Assembly: GCA_964016885.1 (NCBI GenBank)
Contig: OZ024747.1
Span: 59,830,001-59,894,000 of the forward strand
Source: Eledone cirrhosa
Taxonomy: Eukaryota
Length of the DNA: 64,000 nt
Direction of reading: 5' to 3'
The translations under genes were made by a program, and so were the position numbers. Below are positions 38,163-51,928 of the stretch, piece after piece. The first letter of the stretch is position 1. Every line of letters begins with the position of its first letter. Under the pieces are notes generated by a model that saw only the letters and a list, made by a program, of their open reading frames with translations, ran no database searches and was not told where the DNA came from.

Positions 38163-39659
38163 TATGTATATATATATATGCACATATATATATATTATAT
38201 ATATACATATATATATATGCACACATATATATATATATTCCAAACCCATGCAAACGTGGAAGATGGACGTTAAACGATGATGATGATGATATATATATAT
38301 ATAAAACTGAGTTTGTGTAGGGATGGACAAGAGAAATTAATGTATGCTGAGGTGTGGGTGGGTGTATGTGCCACATCAGTTGCTATGTGCTTTTATTGAT
38401 GTCTATTGTTGTTGGTGTGTGTGTGTGTGTGGCATTTGTTTGTTGCGTGTTTTAGGGAGCATACACATATGAGTTTGTATGCATTTTGTGTGAGTCTGCA
38501 TGCAAACTATGGTGTGTTTGTTTGAGCATACATACATGGATTTGTATGTTCAAGCATTTATTTGTGTGAGAGAGAGAATGCGCTTGTATATATTTATGTG
38601 TTTTGTGTATGAACATGCAAGCATATGTGTCTTTGTTTTGTATATAGGTTCCTGAATTATGATACACAAGTAAAACATCAATGAATTGTAGGTTTGCTAG
38701 GTCATCATTCTTATAGATCCATACAACAATATATATGTTTGGTGGGGGTGTTTATCCTTTATTATACAATACCTTAAATGAATAATTGATTGAAATATAT
38801 TGTAGTTTTTAAGTGGTTAAAGAAGCAATGATATTTTCAAGATAATGTGCCACAATTGTTATATTTTATAGTCTCTAGCCTATAAAATATGTATTGGCTT
38901 ATTTTACCAGAATTCACATCTATATTCTGAAGCACCTGCAGAATTTTCTTTCTTTATTTATTTACTTAATTTTAAATTCTTAACCTGAACAAAAAAGAAA
39001 AATATGTACCTGTATTTGCTGATAGAGATATATGTGTTAGCAACCAATTAGGTATGATGGTAGGGTTCAGCAATTGCAAGCAGGTGTTTTGCTATTTGTT
39101 GACTTTAATTCTATTCCAACTGGGGTTTCATAATGCTATCATATTGAACATAATGCTATCGTATTGAACATAATGCTATCATATTGAACATAGAGCATTC
39201 AGGAATGAATTTGTAAGCTAGATAGATAGACAGATAGATAAATAGATAGATAGATAAATAGATAGATAAATGAAATAAGTAAATAAATAAGTAAAAAATA
39301 AGAATAAAATGCAATATTGTTACTGAGTGACGAACATTACATTGTTAATATATGTAATGTTGTAATCACTTAGTTATCTATAAGGGAGGGAGTATTAGGA
39401 GAGTAAGGGGGGTGATTCTGTGGTGAGGTGGTGGGGGCTGATATACTCAGAAAGAGATTAAAAGAAAAGAAACCAGCTAAAACAATGTGGATGTGATTTG
39501 AGAAAGTATAGATGGTATTTGTAGCTGCATTAGGAAAATTATTGATTATTGATAATTTTTATCTACTTCGTCTTTCCATTCATCATTTTCTTGTTGTTGT
39601 TGTTGTTATAGTTGTTGTTCTTTTGAGATCAGTGGAAGCTAGTAATATGTAGTCTTTAA

Positions 39660-40345
39660 TACTGTTGTGAGTTGTTGTTGTTGTTGGCAGTGGGGTTGTT
39701 GCTGGTTGTGGTGGTGGTGGCTGTGTTGTTTTTGTTGGTTGTGGTTGTGGTGGTGCTGTTGTTGTTGTTGTTGGTGGGGCTGTTGCTGTTGTTGTTGGTT
39801 GTGGTGGTGGTGGTGTTGTTGTTGGTTGTGGTAGTGGTGTTGGTGCTGGTTATAGTGGCAATGGTGCTGGTTGTGGTGACAATGGTACTGTTGTTGTTGG
39901 TGGTGGTGGTTCTGTTGTTGGTGTTGTTGGTGGTGGTGGTTCTGTTGTTGGTGTTGTTGGTGGTGGTGGTTCTGTTGTTGGTGCTGTTGGTGGTGGTGGT
40001 TCTGTTGTTGGTGTTGTTGGTGGTGGTGGTTCTGTTGTTGGTGCTGTTGGTGGTGATAGTGACGGTGATACAGTTTTTGTTGTTGTTGGTGGTGGTGGTG
40101 GCAGTGGTGCTGTTGTTCCTATTGGTGGTAGTGGTGGTGGTGGCAGTGGTGGAAGTGATACTGTTGTTGTTGGTGGTGTTTTTCATGATGATGGTGGCAG
40201 TAGTGTTGTTGTTGTTGGTGGTGGTGGTGACTGTGGTGTTCTTACTGTGTTGTTGCTATTGGTGTAGTGGTGCTGCTGTTGCTATTGGTGGTGGTAGTGC
40301 CAGTGGTGCTGTTGTTATTGTTGTTGCTATTGGTGCTGTTGCTAC
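39660..40345. repeat. (GTT/GTG)n array with a 30-bp subunit
   Basis: GTGGTGGTGGTTCTGTTGTTGGTG(T/C)TGTTG repeated ~5 times within a triplet array. Confidence 0.9.
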
Positions 40346-41059
40346 ATGCTTACAGCATAGAACATTGCTAAATATACTTTGTTTAATTATGTGTGGGATT
40401 GGGTTGAGAAGATGAAGAAGACGTAAAAAGATGTCTTACTTATTTTAGAGCTTTTGGTTTCTTATTTTGTCTGTTGAATTCTTCAGAGAAGTTGGTGAAT
40501 CTTTGTTTCATCAAAGTATTTAGTGATTTGTTAAAATCATTGATCTCAGAAATCAATATAGATAACCTCTGACTGAAATATAACATCAAAAAATAAAATA
40601 TAGAAAAAATAGTAAATAAAGATAAAAGTAAAGAGAAAACAGAACCAAATGAAAAACAGTCAACAACAGCAGCAGCAGCAGCAGTAACAGCATCAGCAAC
40701 ACTAACAGCAACAGCAGTAACAGCATCAGCAACACTAACAGCAACAGCAGTAACATCAACAACAACAGTGTTACAGCAGCAACAACAACACTAACAGCAG
40801 TAACAACAACAACTGTAGCAACAAGAGTAACAAGAGAACACCACCGCCAACATCAACAACAGCAGCAGCAATAACAACAATGCCATTAACAACAACAGCA
40901 GTAACAACACCAACAACAAGAATGATAACATCAACTGCAGCAACTACAATAACAAAAACGGCAGCAGCATCAACAACTACAATAACAGCAACAACATCAA
41001 CAACTACAGCAGCAACAACTACAACAATATCAATAACAACTACAACAATAACAGCAACA

Positions 41060-44000
41060 TTACAACAATAACAACACCCACTACAGCAAAAATAACAGCA
41101 GCAACTACTACAACAATATCAACAACAACTACAACAATAACAGCTACAACAATATCAACACCAACAGCTACAACAATAACAACACCAACAGCTACAACAA
41201 TAACAACACCAACAGCTACAACAATAACAACACCAACAGCTACAACAACTACAACAATAACAGCTACAACAATATCAACACCAACAGCTACAACAATAAC
41301 AACACCAACAGCTACAACAATAACAACACCAACAGCTACAACAATAACAACACCAACAGCTACAACAATAACAACACCAACAGCTACAACAATAACAACA
41401 CCAACAGCTACAACAATAACCACACCAACAGCTACAACAATATCAACACCAACAGCTACAACAATAACAACACCAACAACTACAACAATAACAACACCAA
41501 CAGCTACAACAACAACAACAGTTACAACAATAACAACACCAACAGCTACAACAATATCAACACCAACAGCTACAACAATAACAACACCAACAGCTACAAC
41601 AATAACAACACCAACAGCTACAACAATAACAACACCAACAGTTACAACAATAACAACACCAACAGCTACAACAATATCAACACCAACAGCTACAACAATA
41701 ACAACACCAACAGCTACAACAATAACAACACCAACAGCTACAACAACTACAACACCAACAGCTACAACAACAACAACACCAACAGCTACAACAACTACAA
41801 CACCAACAGCTACAACAACAACAATAACAACACCAACAGCTACAACAATAACAACACCAACAGCTACAACAACAACAATAACAACACCAACAGCTACAAC
41901 AACTACAACACCAACAGCTACAACAATAACCACACCAACAGCTACAACAATAACAATAACAACACCAACAGCTACAACAACTACAACACCAACAGCTACA
42001 ACAATAACCACACCAACAGCTACAACAATAACAATAACAACACCAACAGCTACAACAACAACAACACCAACAGCTACAACAACAACAACACCAACAGCTA
42101 CAACAACTACAACACCAACAGCTACAACAATAACAACACCAACAGCTACAACAATAACAACACCAACAGCTACAACAATAACCACACCAACAGCTACAAC
42201 AATAACAACACCAACAGCTACAACAACTACAACACCAACAGCTACAACAACAACAACACCAACAGCTACAACAACTACAACACCAACAGCTACAACAATA
42301 ACAACACCAACAGCTACAACAATAACCACACCAACAGCTACAACAACTACAACACCAACAGCTACAACAATAACAACACCAACAGCTACAACAATAACAA
42401 CACCAACAGCTACAACAATAACAACACCAACAGCTACAACAATAACAACACCAACAGCTACAACAATAACCACACCAACAGCTACAACAACTACAACACC
42501 AACAGCTACAACAATAACAACACCAACAGCTACAACAATAACAACACCAACAACTACAACAATAACAACACCAACAGCTACAACAATAACAACACCAACA
42601 GCTACAACAATAACAACACCAACAACTACAACAATAACCACACCAACAGCTACAACAACTACAACACCAACAGCTACAACAATAACAACACCAACAACTA
42701 CAACAAAAACAACACCAACAGCTACAACAACAACAATAACAACACCAACAGCTACAACAATAACAACACCAACAGCTACAACAACAACAATAACAACACC
42801 AACAGCTACAACAATAACAACACCAACAGCTACAACAATAACAACACCAACAGCTACAACAATAACAACACCAACAGCTACAACAACAACAATAACAACA
42901 CCAACAGCTACAACAATAACAACACCAACAGCTACAACAATAACAACACCAACAGCTACAACAATAACAACACCAACAGCTACAACAATAACAACACCAA
43001 CAGCTACAACAATAACAACACCAACAGCTACAACAACAACAACACCAACAGCTACAACAATAACAACACCAACAGCTACAACAATAACAACACCAACAGC
43101 TACAACAACTACAACACCAACAGCTACAACAATAACAACACCAACAGCTACAACAATAACCACACCAACAGCTACAACAATAACAACACCAACAGCTACA
43201 ACAATAACAACACCAACAGCTACAACAATAACAACACCAACAGCTACAACAATAACAACACCAACAGCTACAACAACAACAATAACAACACCAACAGCTA
43301 CAACAACTACAACACCAACAGCTACAACAATAACAACACCAACAGCTACAACAATAACAACACCAACAGCTACAACAACAACAATAACAACACCAACAGC
43401 TACAACAATAACAACACCAACAGCTACAACAATAACAACACCAACAGCTACAACAATAACAACACCAACAGCTACAACAATAACAGCTACAACAATAACA
43501 ACACCAACAGCTACAACAACAACAATAACAACACCAACAGCTACAACAATAACAACACCAACAGCTACAACAATAACAACACCAACAGCTACAACAACAA
43601 CAATAACAACACCAACAGCTACAACAATAACAACACCAACAGCTACAACAATAACAACACCAACAGCTACAACAATAACAACACCAACAGCTACAACAAT
43701 AACAGCTACAACAATAACAACACCAACAGCTACAACAATAACAATAACAACACCAACAGCTACAACAATAACAACACCAACAGCTACAACAACTACAACA
43801 CCAACAGCTACAACAATAACAATAACAACACCAACAGCTACAACAACTACAACACCAACAGCTACAACAATAACAATAACAACACCAACAGCTACAACAA
43901 TAACAACACCAACAGCTACAACAACAACAATAACAACACCAACAGCTACAACAATAACAACACCAACAGCTACAACAACTACAACACCAACAGCTACAAC

Positions 44001-47000
44001 AATAACAATAACAACACCAACAGCTACAACAATAACAACACCAACAGCTACAACAATAACAACACCAACAGCTACAACAACTACAACACCAACAGCTACA
44101 ACAATAACAACACCAACAGCTACAACAATAACAACACCAACAGCTACAACAATAACAACACCAACAGCTACAACAATAACCACACCAACAGCTACAACAA
44201 CTACAACACCAACAGCTACAACAATAACAACACCAACAACTACAACAATAACAACACCAACAGCTACAACAACAACAATAACAACACCAACAGCTACAAC
44301 AATAACAACACCAACAGCTACAACAACAACAATAACAACACCAACAGCTACAACAATAACAACACCAACAGCTACAACAATAACAACACCAACAGCTACA
44401 ACAATAACAACACCAACAGCTACAACAACAACAATAACAACACCAACAGCTACAACAATAACAACACCAACAGCTACAACAATAACAACACCAACAGCTA
44501 CAACAATAACAACACCAACAGCTACAACAATAACAACACCAACAGCTACAACAATAACAACACCAACAGCTACAACAACAACAACACCAACAGCTACAAC
44601 AATAACAACACCAACAGCTACAACAATAACAACACCAACAGCTACAACAACTACAACACCAACAGCTACAACAATAACAACACCAACAGCTACAACAATA
44701 ACCACACCAACAGCTACAACAATAACCACACCAACAGCTACAACAATAACAACACCAACAGCTACAACAATAACAACACCAACAGCTACAACAATAACAA
44801 CACCAACAGCTACAACAACAACAATAACAACACCAACAGCTACAACAACTACAACACCAACAGCTACAACAATAACAACACCAACAGCTACAACAATAAC
44901 AACACCAACAGCTACAACAACAACAATAACAACACCAACAGCTACAACAATAACAACACCAACAGCTACAACAATAACAACACCAACAGCTACAACAATA
45001 ACAACACCAACAGCTACAACAATAACAGCTACAACAATAACAACACCAACAGCTACAACAACAACAATAACAACACCAACAGCTACAACAATAACAACAC
45101 CAACAGCTACAACAATAACAACACCAACAGCTACAACAATAACAACACCAACAGCTACAACAATAACAACACCAACAGCTACAACAATAACAACACCAAC
45201 AGCTACAACAACAACAACACCAACAGCTACAACAATAACAACACCAACAGCTACAACAATAACAACACCAACAGCTACAACAACTACAACACCAACAGCT
45301 ACAACAATAACAACACCAACAGCTACAACAATAACCACACCAACAGCTACAACAATAACAACACCAACAGCTACAACAATAACAACACCAACAGCTACAA
45401 CAATAACAACACCAACAGCTACAACAATAACAACACCAACAGCTACAACAACAACAATAACAACACCAACAGCTACAACAACTACAACACCAACAGCTAC
45501 AACAATAACAACACCAACAGCTACAACAATAACAACACCAACAGCTACAACAACAACAATAACAACACCAACAGCTACAACAATAACAACACCAACAGCT
45601 ACAACAATAACAACACCAACAGCTACAACAATAACAACACCAACAGCTACAACAATAACAGCTACAACAATAACAACACCAACAGCTACAACAACAACAA
45701 TAACAACACCAACAGCTACAACAATAACAACACCAACAGCTACAACAATAACAACACCAACAGCTACAACAACAACAATAACAACACCAACAGCTACAAC
45801 AATAACAACACCAACAGCTACAACAATAACAACACCAACAGCTACAACAATAACAACACCAACAGCTACAACAATAACAGCTACAACAATAACAACACCA
45901 ACAGCTACAACAATAACAATAACAACACCAACAGCTACAACAATAACAACACCAACAGCTACAACAACTACAACACCAACAGCTACAACAATAACAATAA
46001 CAACACCAACAGCTACAACAACTACAACACCAACAGCTACAACAATAACAATAACAACACCAACAGCTACAACAATAACAACACCAACAGCTACAACAAC
46101 AACAATAACAACACCAACAGCTACAACAATAACAACACCAACAGCTACAACAACTACAACACCAACAGCTACAACAATAACAATAACAACACCAACAGCT
46201 ACAACAATAACAACACCAACAGCTACAACAATAACAACACCAACAGCTACAACAACTACAACACCAACAGCTACAACAATAACAATAACAACACCAACAG
46301 CTACAACAATAACAACACCAACAGCTACAACAACAACAATAACAACACCAACAGCTACAACAATAACAACACCAACAGCTACAACAATAACCACACCAAC
46401 AGCTACAACAATAACAATAACAACACCAACAGCTACAACAATAACAACACCAACAGCTACAACAATAACCACACCAACAGCTACAACAATAACAATAACA
46501 ACACCAACAGCTACAACAATAACAACACCAACAGCTACAACAATAACAACACCAACAGCTACAACAATAACAACACCAACAGCTACAACAATAACAACAC
46601 CAACAGCTACAACAATAACAACACCAACAGCTACAACAATAACCACACCAACAGCTACAACAATAACAATAACAACACCAACAGCTACAACAATAACAAC
46701 ACCAACAGCTACAACAATAACAACACCAACAGCTACAACAATAACAACACCAACAGCTACAACAACAACAACACCAACAGCTACAACAATAACAACACCA
46801 ACAGCTACAACAATAACCACACCAACAGCTACAACAATAACAATAACAACACCAACAGCTACAACAATAACAACACCAACAGCTACAACAATAACCACAC
46901 CAACAGCTACAACAATAACAATAACAACACCAACAGCTACAACAATAACAACACCAACAGCTACAACAATAACAACACCAACAGCTACAACAATAACAAC

Positions 47001-48500
47001 ACCAACAGCTACAACAATAACAACACCAACAGCTACAACAATAACAACACCAACAGCTACAACAATAACAACACCAACAGCTACAACAATAACAACACCA
47101 ACAGCTACAACAATAACCACACCAACAGCTACAACAATAACAACACCAACAGCTACAACAATAACAACACCAACAGCTACAACAATAACAACACCAACAG
47201 CTACAACAATAACAACACCAACAGCTACAACAATAACAACACCAACAGCTACAACAACAACAACACCAACAGCTACAACAACTACAACACCAACAGCTAC
47301 AACAATAACAACACCAACAGCTACAACAATAACAACACCAACAGCTACAACAATAACAACACCAACAGCTACAACAACTACAACACCAACAGCTACAACA
47401 ACAACAACAGTTACAACAATAACAACACCAACAGCTACAACAATAACAACACCAACAGCTACAACAATAACAACACCAACAGCTACAACAATAACAACAC
47501 CAACAGCTACAACAATAACAACACCAACAGCTACAACAATAACCACACCAACAGCTACAACAACTACAACACCAACAGCTACAACAATAACAACACCAAC
47601 AGCTACAACAACTACAACACCAACAGCTACAACAATAACAACACCAACAGCTACAACAACTACAACACCAACAGCTACAACAATAACAACACCAACATCT
47701 ACAACAATAACAATAACAACACCAACAGCTACAACAATAACAACACCAACAGCTACAACAATAACAACACCAACAGCTACAACAATAACCACACCAACAG
47801 CTACAACAATAACAATAACAACACCAACAGCTACAACAATAACAGCGACAACAATAACAACACCAACAGCTACAACAATAACAACACCAACAGCTACAAC
47901 AACAACAACACCAACAACTACAACAATAACAACACCAACAGCTACAACAACAACAACACCAACAACTACAACAATAACAACACCAACAGCTACAACAATA
48001 ACAATAACAACAGCTACAACAATAACAACACCAACAGCTACAACAATAACAACACCAACAGCTACAACAATAACAACACCAACAGCTACAACAATAACAA
48101 CACCAACAGCTACAACAACTACAACACCAACAGCTACAACAATAACAACACCAACAGCTACAACAATAACCACACCAACAGCTACAACAACAACAACACC
48201 AACAGCTACAACAATAACAACACCAACATCTACAACAATAACAATAACAACACCAACATCTACAACAATAACAATAACAACACCAACAGCTACAACAATA
48301 ACAATAACAACACCAACAGCTACAACAATAACAACACCAACAGCTACAGCAATAACAACACCAACAGCTACAGCAATAACAACACCAACAGCTACAACAA
48401 CACCAACAGCTACAGCAATATCAACACCAACAGCTACAACAATATCAACACCAACAGCTACAACAATATCAACATCAACAGCTACAACAATAACAACAAC
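41060..48500. repeat. ~7.4-kb minisatellite, 24-bp unit ACAACACCAACAGCTACAACAATA
   Basis: About 300 units with 15-bp and 30-bp variants; frame preserved throughout (2377-aa minus-strand ORF in the track). Confidence 0.97.
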
Positions 48501-49481
48501 AGAATCATGTTATATTAAGATATTATTGGATTGAATTAGATTCTTCTTCATTAATTTGGGAACATACATCTTAAACTAGCAAGAGCCACGTTCTTTCCAG
48601 AAACCATTCTCTTATGAAGTTACCTGCCACCTAATATTTCTGTGTTTGCCAGTGTTTGTAGAAGAATTACTTGAAAGTAATTTTCCCATCGTTCTTGTTT
48701 ACCAAACTCCTTCTAGGTTCTGTTTATTTAATCTAAATAATGCTTCAACAACAAAATTCTATTACCGAAAATTGTTTGAAACAAAAAAAAAAATAATAAT
48801 AATAATAAATAAAAGAAATAATTAAAATAAAATATAAAAAAATCAATATGATGAAATGAAATAATCAAACAAAAAAAAAAGGAAAAAAATAAAGTAAACT
48901 ACAAGCTTAGAAATCATTGAATTAAATTTCACATCCCGAACTACTAACAGGATTTGCATTTATATACACAATGGATAAAAATTACTTTGTATTGGATAGA
49001 TAAAGCTGTAAATTTTCCTCCGTATGGTTCATTAAAGTTTCTAGACTGCATCAGTTTATTCATTGAATTAAGGTAGCAGTGTAGTATATAGTGTTCATTA
49101 CAGTAACACTGATAGTATTGATGTTATCTTTTCAACAACAAAAATATATTGTGAATTTCTGCAAATTACTTCAAGGATGTAGGTGCTATAAAGCCAGTGG
49201 TTATGGGGGTGGTATGCCGGTTGAGCACTCTATGCTCTTACAGAGCAGAGTATGATAGAATAAAAAAGAAAACGAAAAATCAGTGACGCATCTGAACTCA
49301 ATTTATTGTGTGTTACAATTGTTTCCCCGGCGGACAGCTTGAGACGCGATCATTGTGTGAATCTGTCTGATTCTGGATCCGCAGGTTCGACGGACACGTC
49401 TCATGATTTTGGAGCATATTCTTTCATACATACATGCATGCATTTTTCGTTTTCTATTCTCTCTCTCTATATATATATAAA

Positions 49482-49670
49482 ACGAAGGAAATGTGGTAAG
49501 GAACCAGATGGACCATAATGCACCAAAGTACTCAATACTTAGGGTAGTAGAGTGGGTAATAGGAACAAGTAGGAACCCGACGGCTGAGCTCAAGCCATTT
49601 CTAGGGCTAATTCTGGACTAGAATTAGCCGTCGAAACGGCTTGAGCTCAGCCGTCGGGGTCCTACTTGTT

Positions 49671-49673
<3 letters not shown>
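49482..49673 (-). mobile_element. Fold-back insertion (hairpin 49560-49673 + tail) containing the 3' half of a hammerhead
   Basis: ~55-bp arms; GAAA-CGGCT-tgagctc-AGCCG-TC-GGGG on the right arm. Confidence 0.7.
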
Positions 49674-49722
<49 letters not shown>

Positions 49723-49728
<6 letters not shown>

Positions 49729-49920
49729 AGAGTTGGGATCGAACAACTGAACTCTTGCTATTTCAAGAGCTAGTTCCAGACTGTAACTAGCTTTTGAAAT
49801 GGAAAGAGCTCAGCCATTGGGTCTCAACTCTTTATAATGTAACCATACTCGACTACTCCAAGTATCAAGTACTCTGTTGAGTTATAGTCTAACCAGCTTC
49901 AAACTGAATCCATCCTGATT
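49723..49920 (+). mobile_element. Older copy of the same fold-back family, opposite orientation
   Basis: TTATAAAGAGTTG...CAACTCTTTATAA arms; tail ACTACTCCAAGTATCAAGTACTCTG is homologous to the tail at 49520-49559 (-) and to ~52000-52030. Confidence 0.65.
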
Positions 49921-50220
49921 TATATATATATGTTCTCAACACAAATGCATGTTACCTAATGTTTCAAACTCTAACCAGCATAGGACATCAACATTCTATA
50001 TCATACATACATGCATGAGTTGGATGGATGCATTTTATCATTGCATCAGCATTAAGGGGTTTGTCATGACTTTGGCGCAACTGTTGAGTCCTATGGGCCC
50101 TTTGTTTGGCAAGTTTTCTAGAGCTGGGTGATGTTTCTATCACCAATTACATCGCAAACTCTACCCTAAACCATCAGCCTTTATTGACAATGTTTTGTAA
50201 TTACTAAATATTGTCATTAA

Positions 50221-50272
50221 TTTCTGATGATTCGGGTCCGATACAGAAATATATGAAACAGGCCTGCCAAAG
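50221..50272 (+). ncRNA. Decayed hammerhead-like motif
   Basis: TTT-CTGATGA-...-GAAA-CAGGCCTG-CC-AAA: palindromic stem III, U16.1 mutated, weak stem II. Confidence 0.4.
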
Positions 50273-50485
50273 AAACTTCTACCTAAAATGGAGTAATAGA
50301 TATCTGTATATCATAACTCATCTCACAGATTGACTGTTCTTCCAACTTTGGATATTCATTAACAAATTACACTATACTATATATATATATATTGAGTATA
50401 TGTTGGTTGTTTACCGACACATCAGTATGCAGATTGGAGCACTCGACGAAGAACTTAGGTTGGTTTGTTTACTCTGGAGTAATTA

Positions 50486-50752
50486 TCATTTTATGTCCGC
50501 TTTTCCCTGCTTGCAAAGGTGGGACGGGAACTGATTCTAGCTTGATTTCTACAGCTGGATGCCCTTTCTAACACCAACCTCATTTAGATAGGGACCCCAG
50601 TCCTATCATCTCATTTCTACAGCTGAGTAAACTGGAGCAATGTGAAATAAAGTGTCTTGCTCAAGGAAACAACACATCACCTGGTCTGAGAATTGAACTC
50701 ACAACCTTTCGATTGCAAGCCCAATGCTCTAACCACTAAGCCATGTGCCTCC
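50486..50752 (-). mobile_element. Family B CORE-like SINE
   Basis: Reverse complement of 6702-7020 with an internal deletion. Confidence 0.85.
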
Positions 50753-50859
50753 ATGTTCAGTGTTGATCCAGGCCTGGAATGAACCCCAGACCAGGATATC
50801 CGCCATCTCTAATACGTCCCACTAGATCACAGAGAAGGCTAAAATGTAAAATAAAATAA

Positions 50860-51830
50860 GTCAGTATTGAATTAGCCCCCAATAGAAAGGTAGTCAACTT
50901 CCTAGACACCACCCTAAACCTGAACACTGAGCAATACTACCCCTATTACAAGCCCAACGAGAAACTGGTATATGTTAACGCTAAGTCAAACCACCCTAGA
51001 TCCATAATTAAGGCCTTAGTCAAGAGTGTCTCAGACGGGATCTCCAACTTGTCCACCAATAAGGAGATCTTCGATAGCAACGCAGAGTATTATAACAAAG
51101 CTCTAAATAAGGTGGCCCATGGCCAAACTATATCTTACAACCTGAGACGCCATGATAGGGATAGACCATCAGACACCCCGACCCATGGTATCCGGGAGGG
51201 GGGGAACCCTAACAGTGCAGGCAGAGTGGAAGCCACTAAACCCCATGAACCCGGCACCACCACATTAGTGAAAAGGATGCATACACTTAGCTATGGGAGG
51301 AAACCCAGGAGGTGGGAGGTCTCAGGGGTGATATTAACCACTCCGGGCCCGACGTCCCCAACCACAAGACATGAAGCAGGACTGATGGAGGATCATCCCA
51401 CTGTAGAACTCTGTGTGGGCACACACCACCCCACAGGTACAGGCCAGGAAGCTAGCAAAACACACAGCGCCCAAAGGGGAAACAACAATGCGGGAATCAG
51501 TAGCAACCCAACAACTCGCCCACAGCACGCTCAACCCACCCACATAGAAATAGACTAAGAAAAATTACGTGGTACAACCCACCCTACTCAGCAGGCCTAA
51601 AGGCTAGCCTGGTCCGGTCATTCTTTAGGGCACTAGATAAATGCTTCCCGAGGGACCACAGATACCACAAGATCTTCAACAGACACACTGTGAAGCTCTC
51701 GTATTCTACCACACTCAACGTAGCCCAGTACATAGCTAGCATCAATAGGAGTAGACTTAGAAACTACACACAACCAGCAGCTGGCAATATAAACACCCAG
51801 CAGAGCCATGTGGAGGGAAGGAATAGCTAA
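50860..51830 (+). pseudogene. Penelope-like retroelement fragment: RT end/thumb and linker, one frameshift
   Basis: VSIELAPNRKVVNFLDTTLNL...YYPYYKPNEKLVYVNAKSNHP...LSTNKEIF...YNKAL, then in another frame RLRKITWYNPPYS...LDKCFP..HRYHKIFNRHTVKLSYS. Confidence 0.88.
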
Positions 51831-51881
51831 TAATATTTATAATAAACGAAGCCAAATTTTACATATTTGACTTACTTATTT

Positions 51882-51928
<47 letters not shown>

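Noticed and set aside
40440-40495. Hammerhead on the minus strand (CTGAAGA...GAAA...TC)
   Set aside because: Stems I, II and III do not pair convincingly.
49345-49400. bantam (GATCATTGTG) or miR-981-like (minus strand) microRNA
   Set aside because: Only partial similarity; the seed and arm position do not match the remembered mature sequences.
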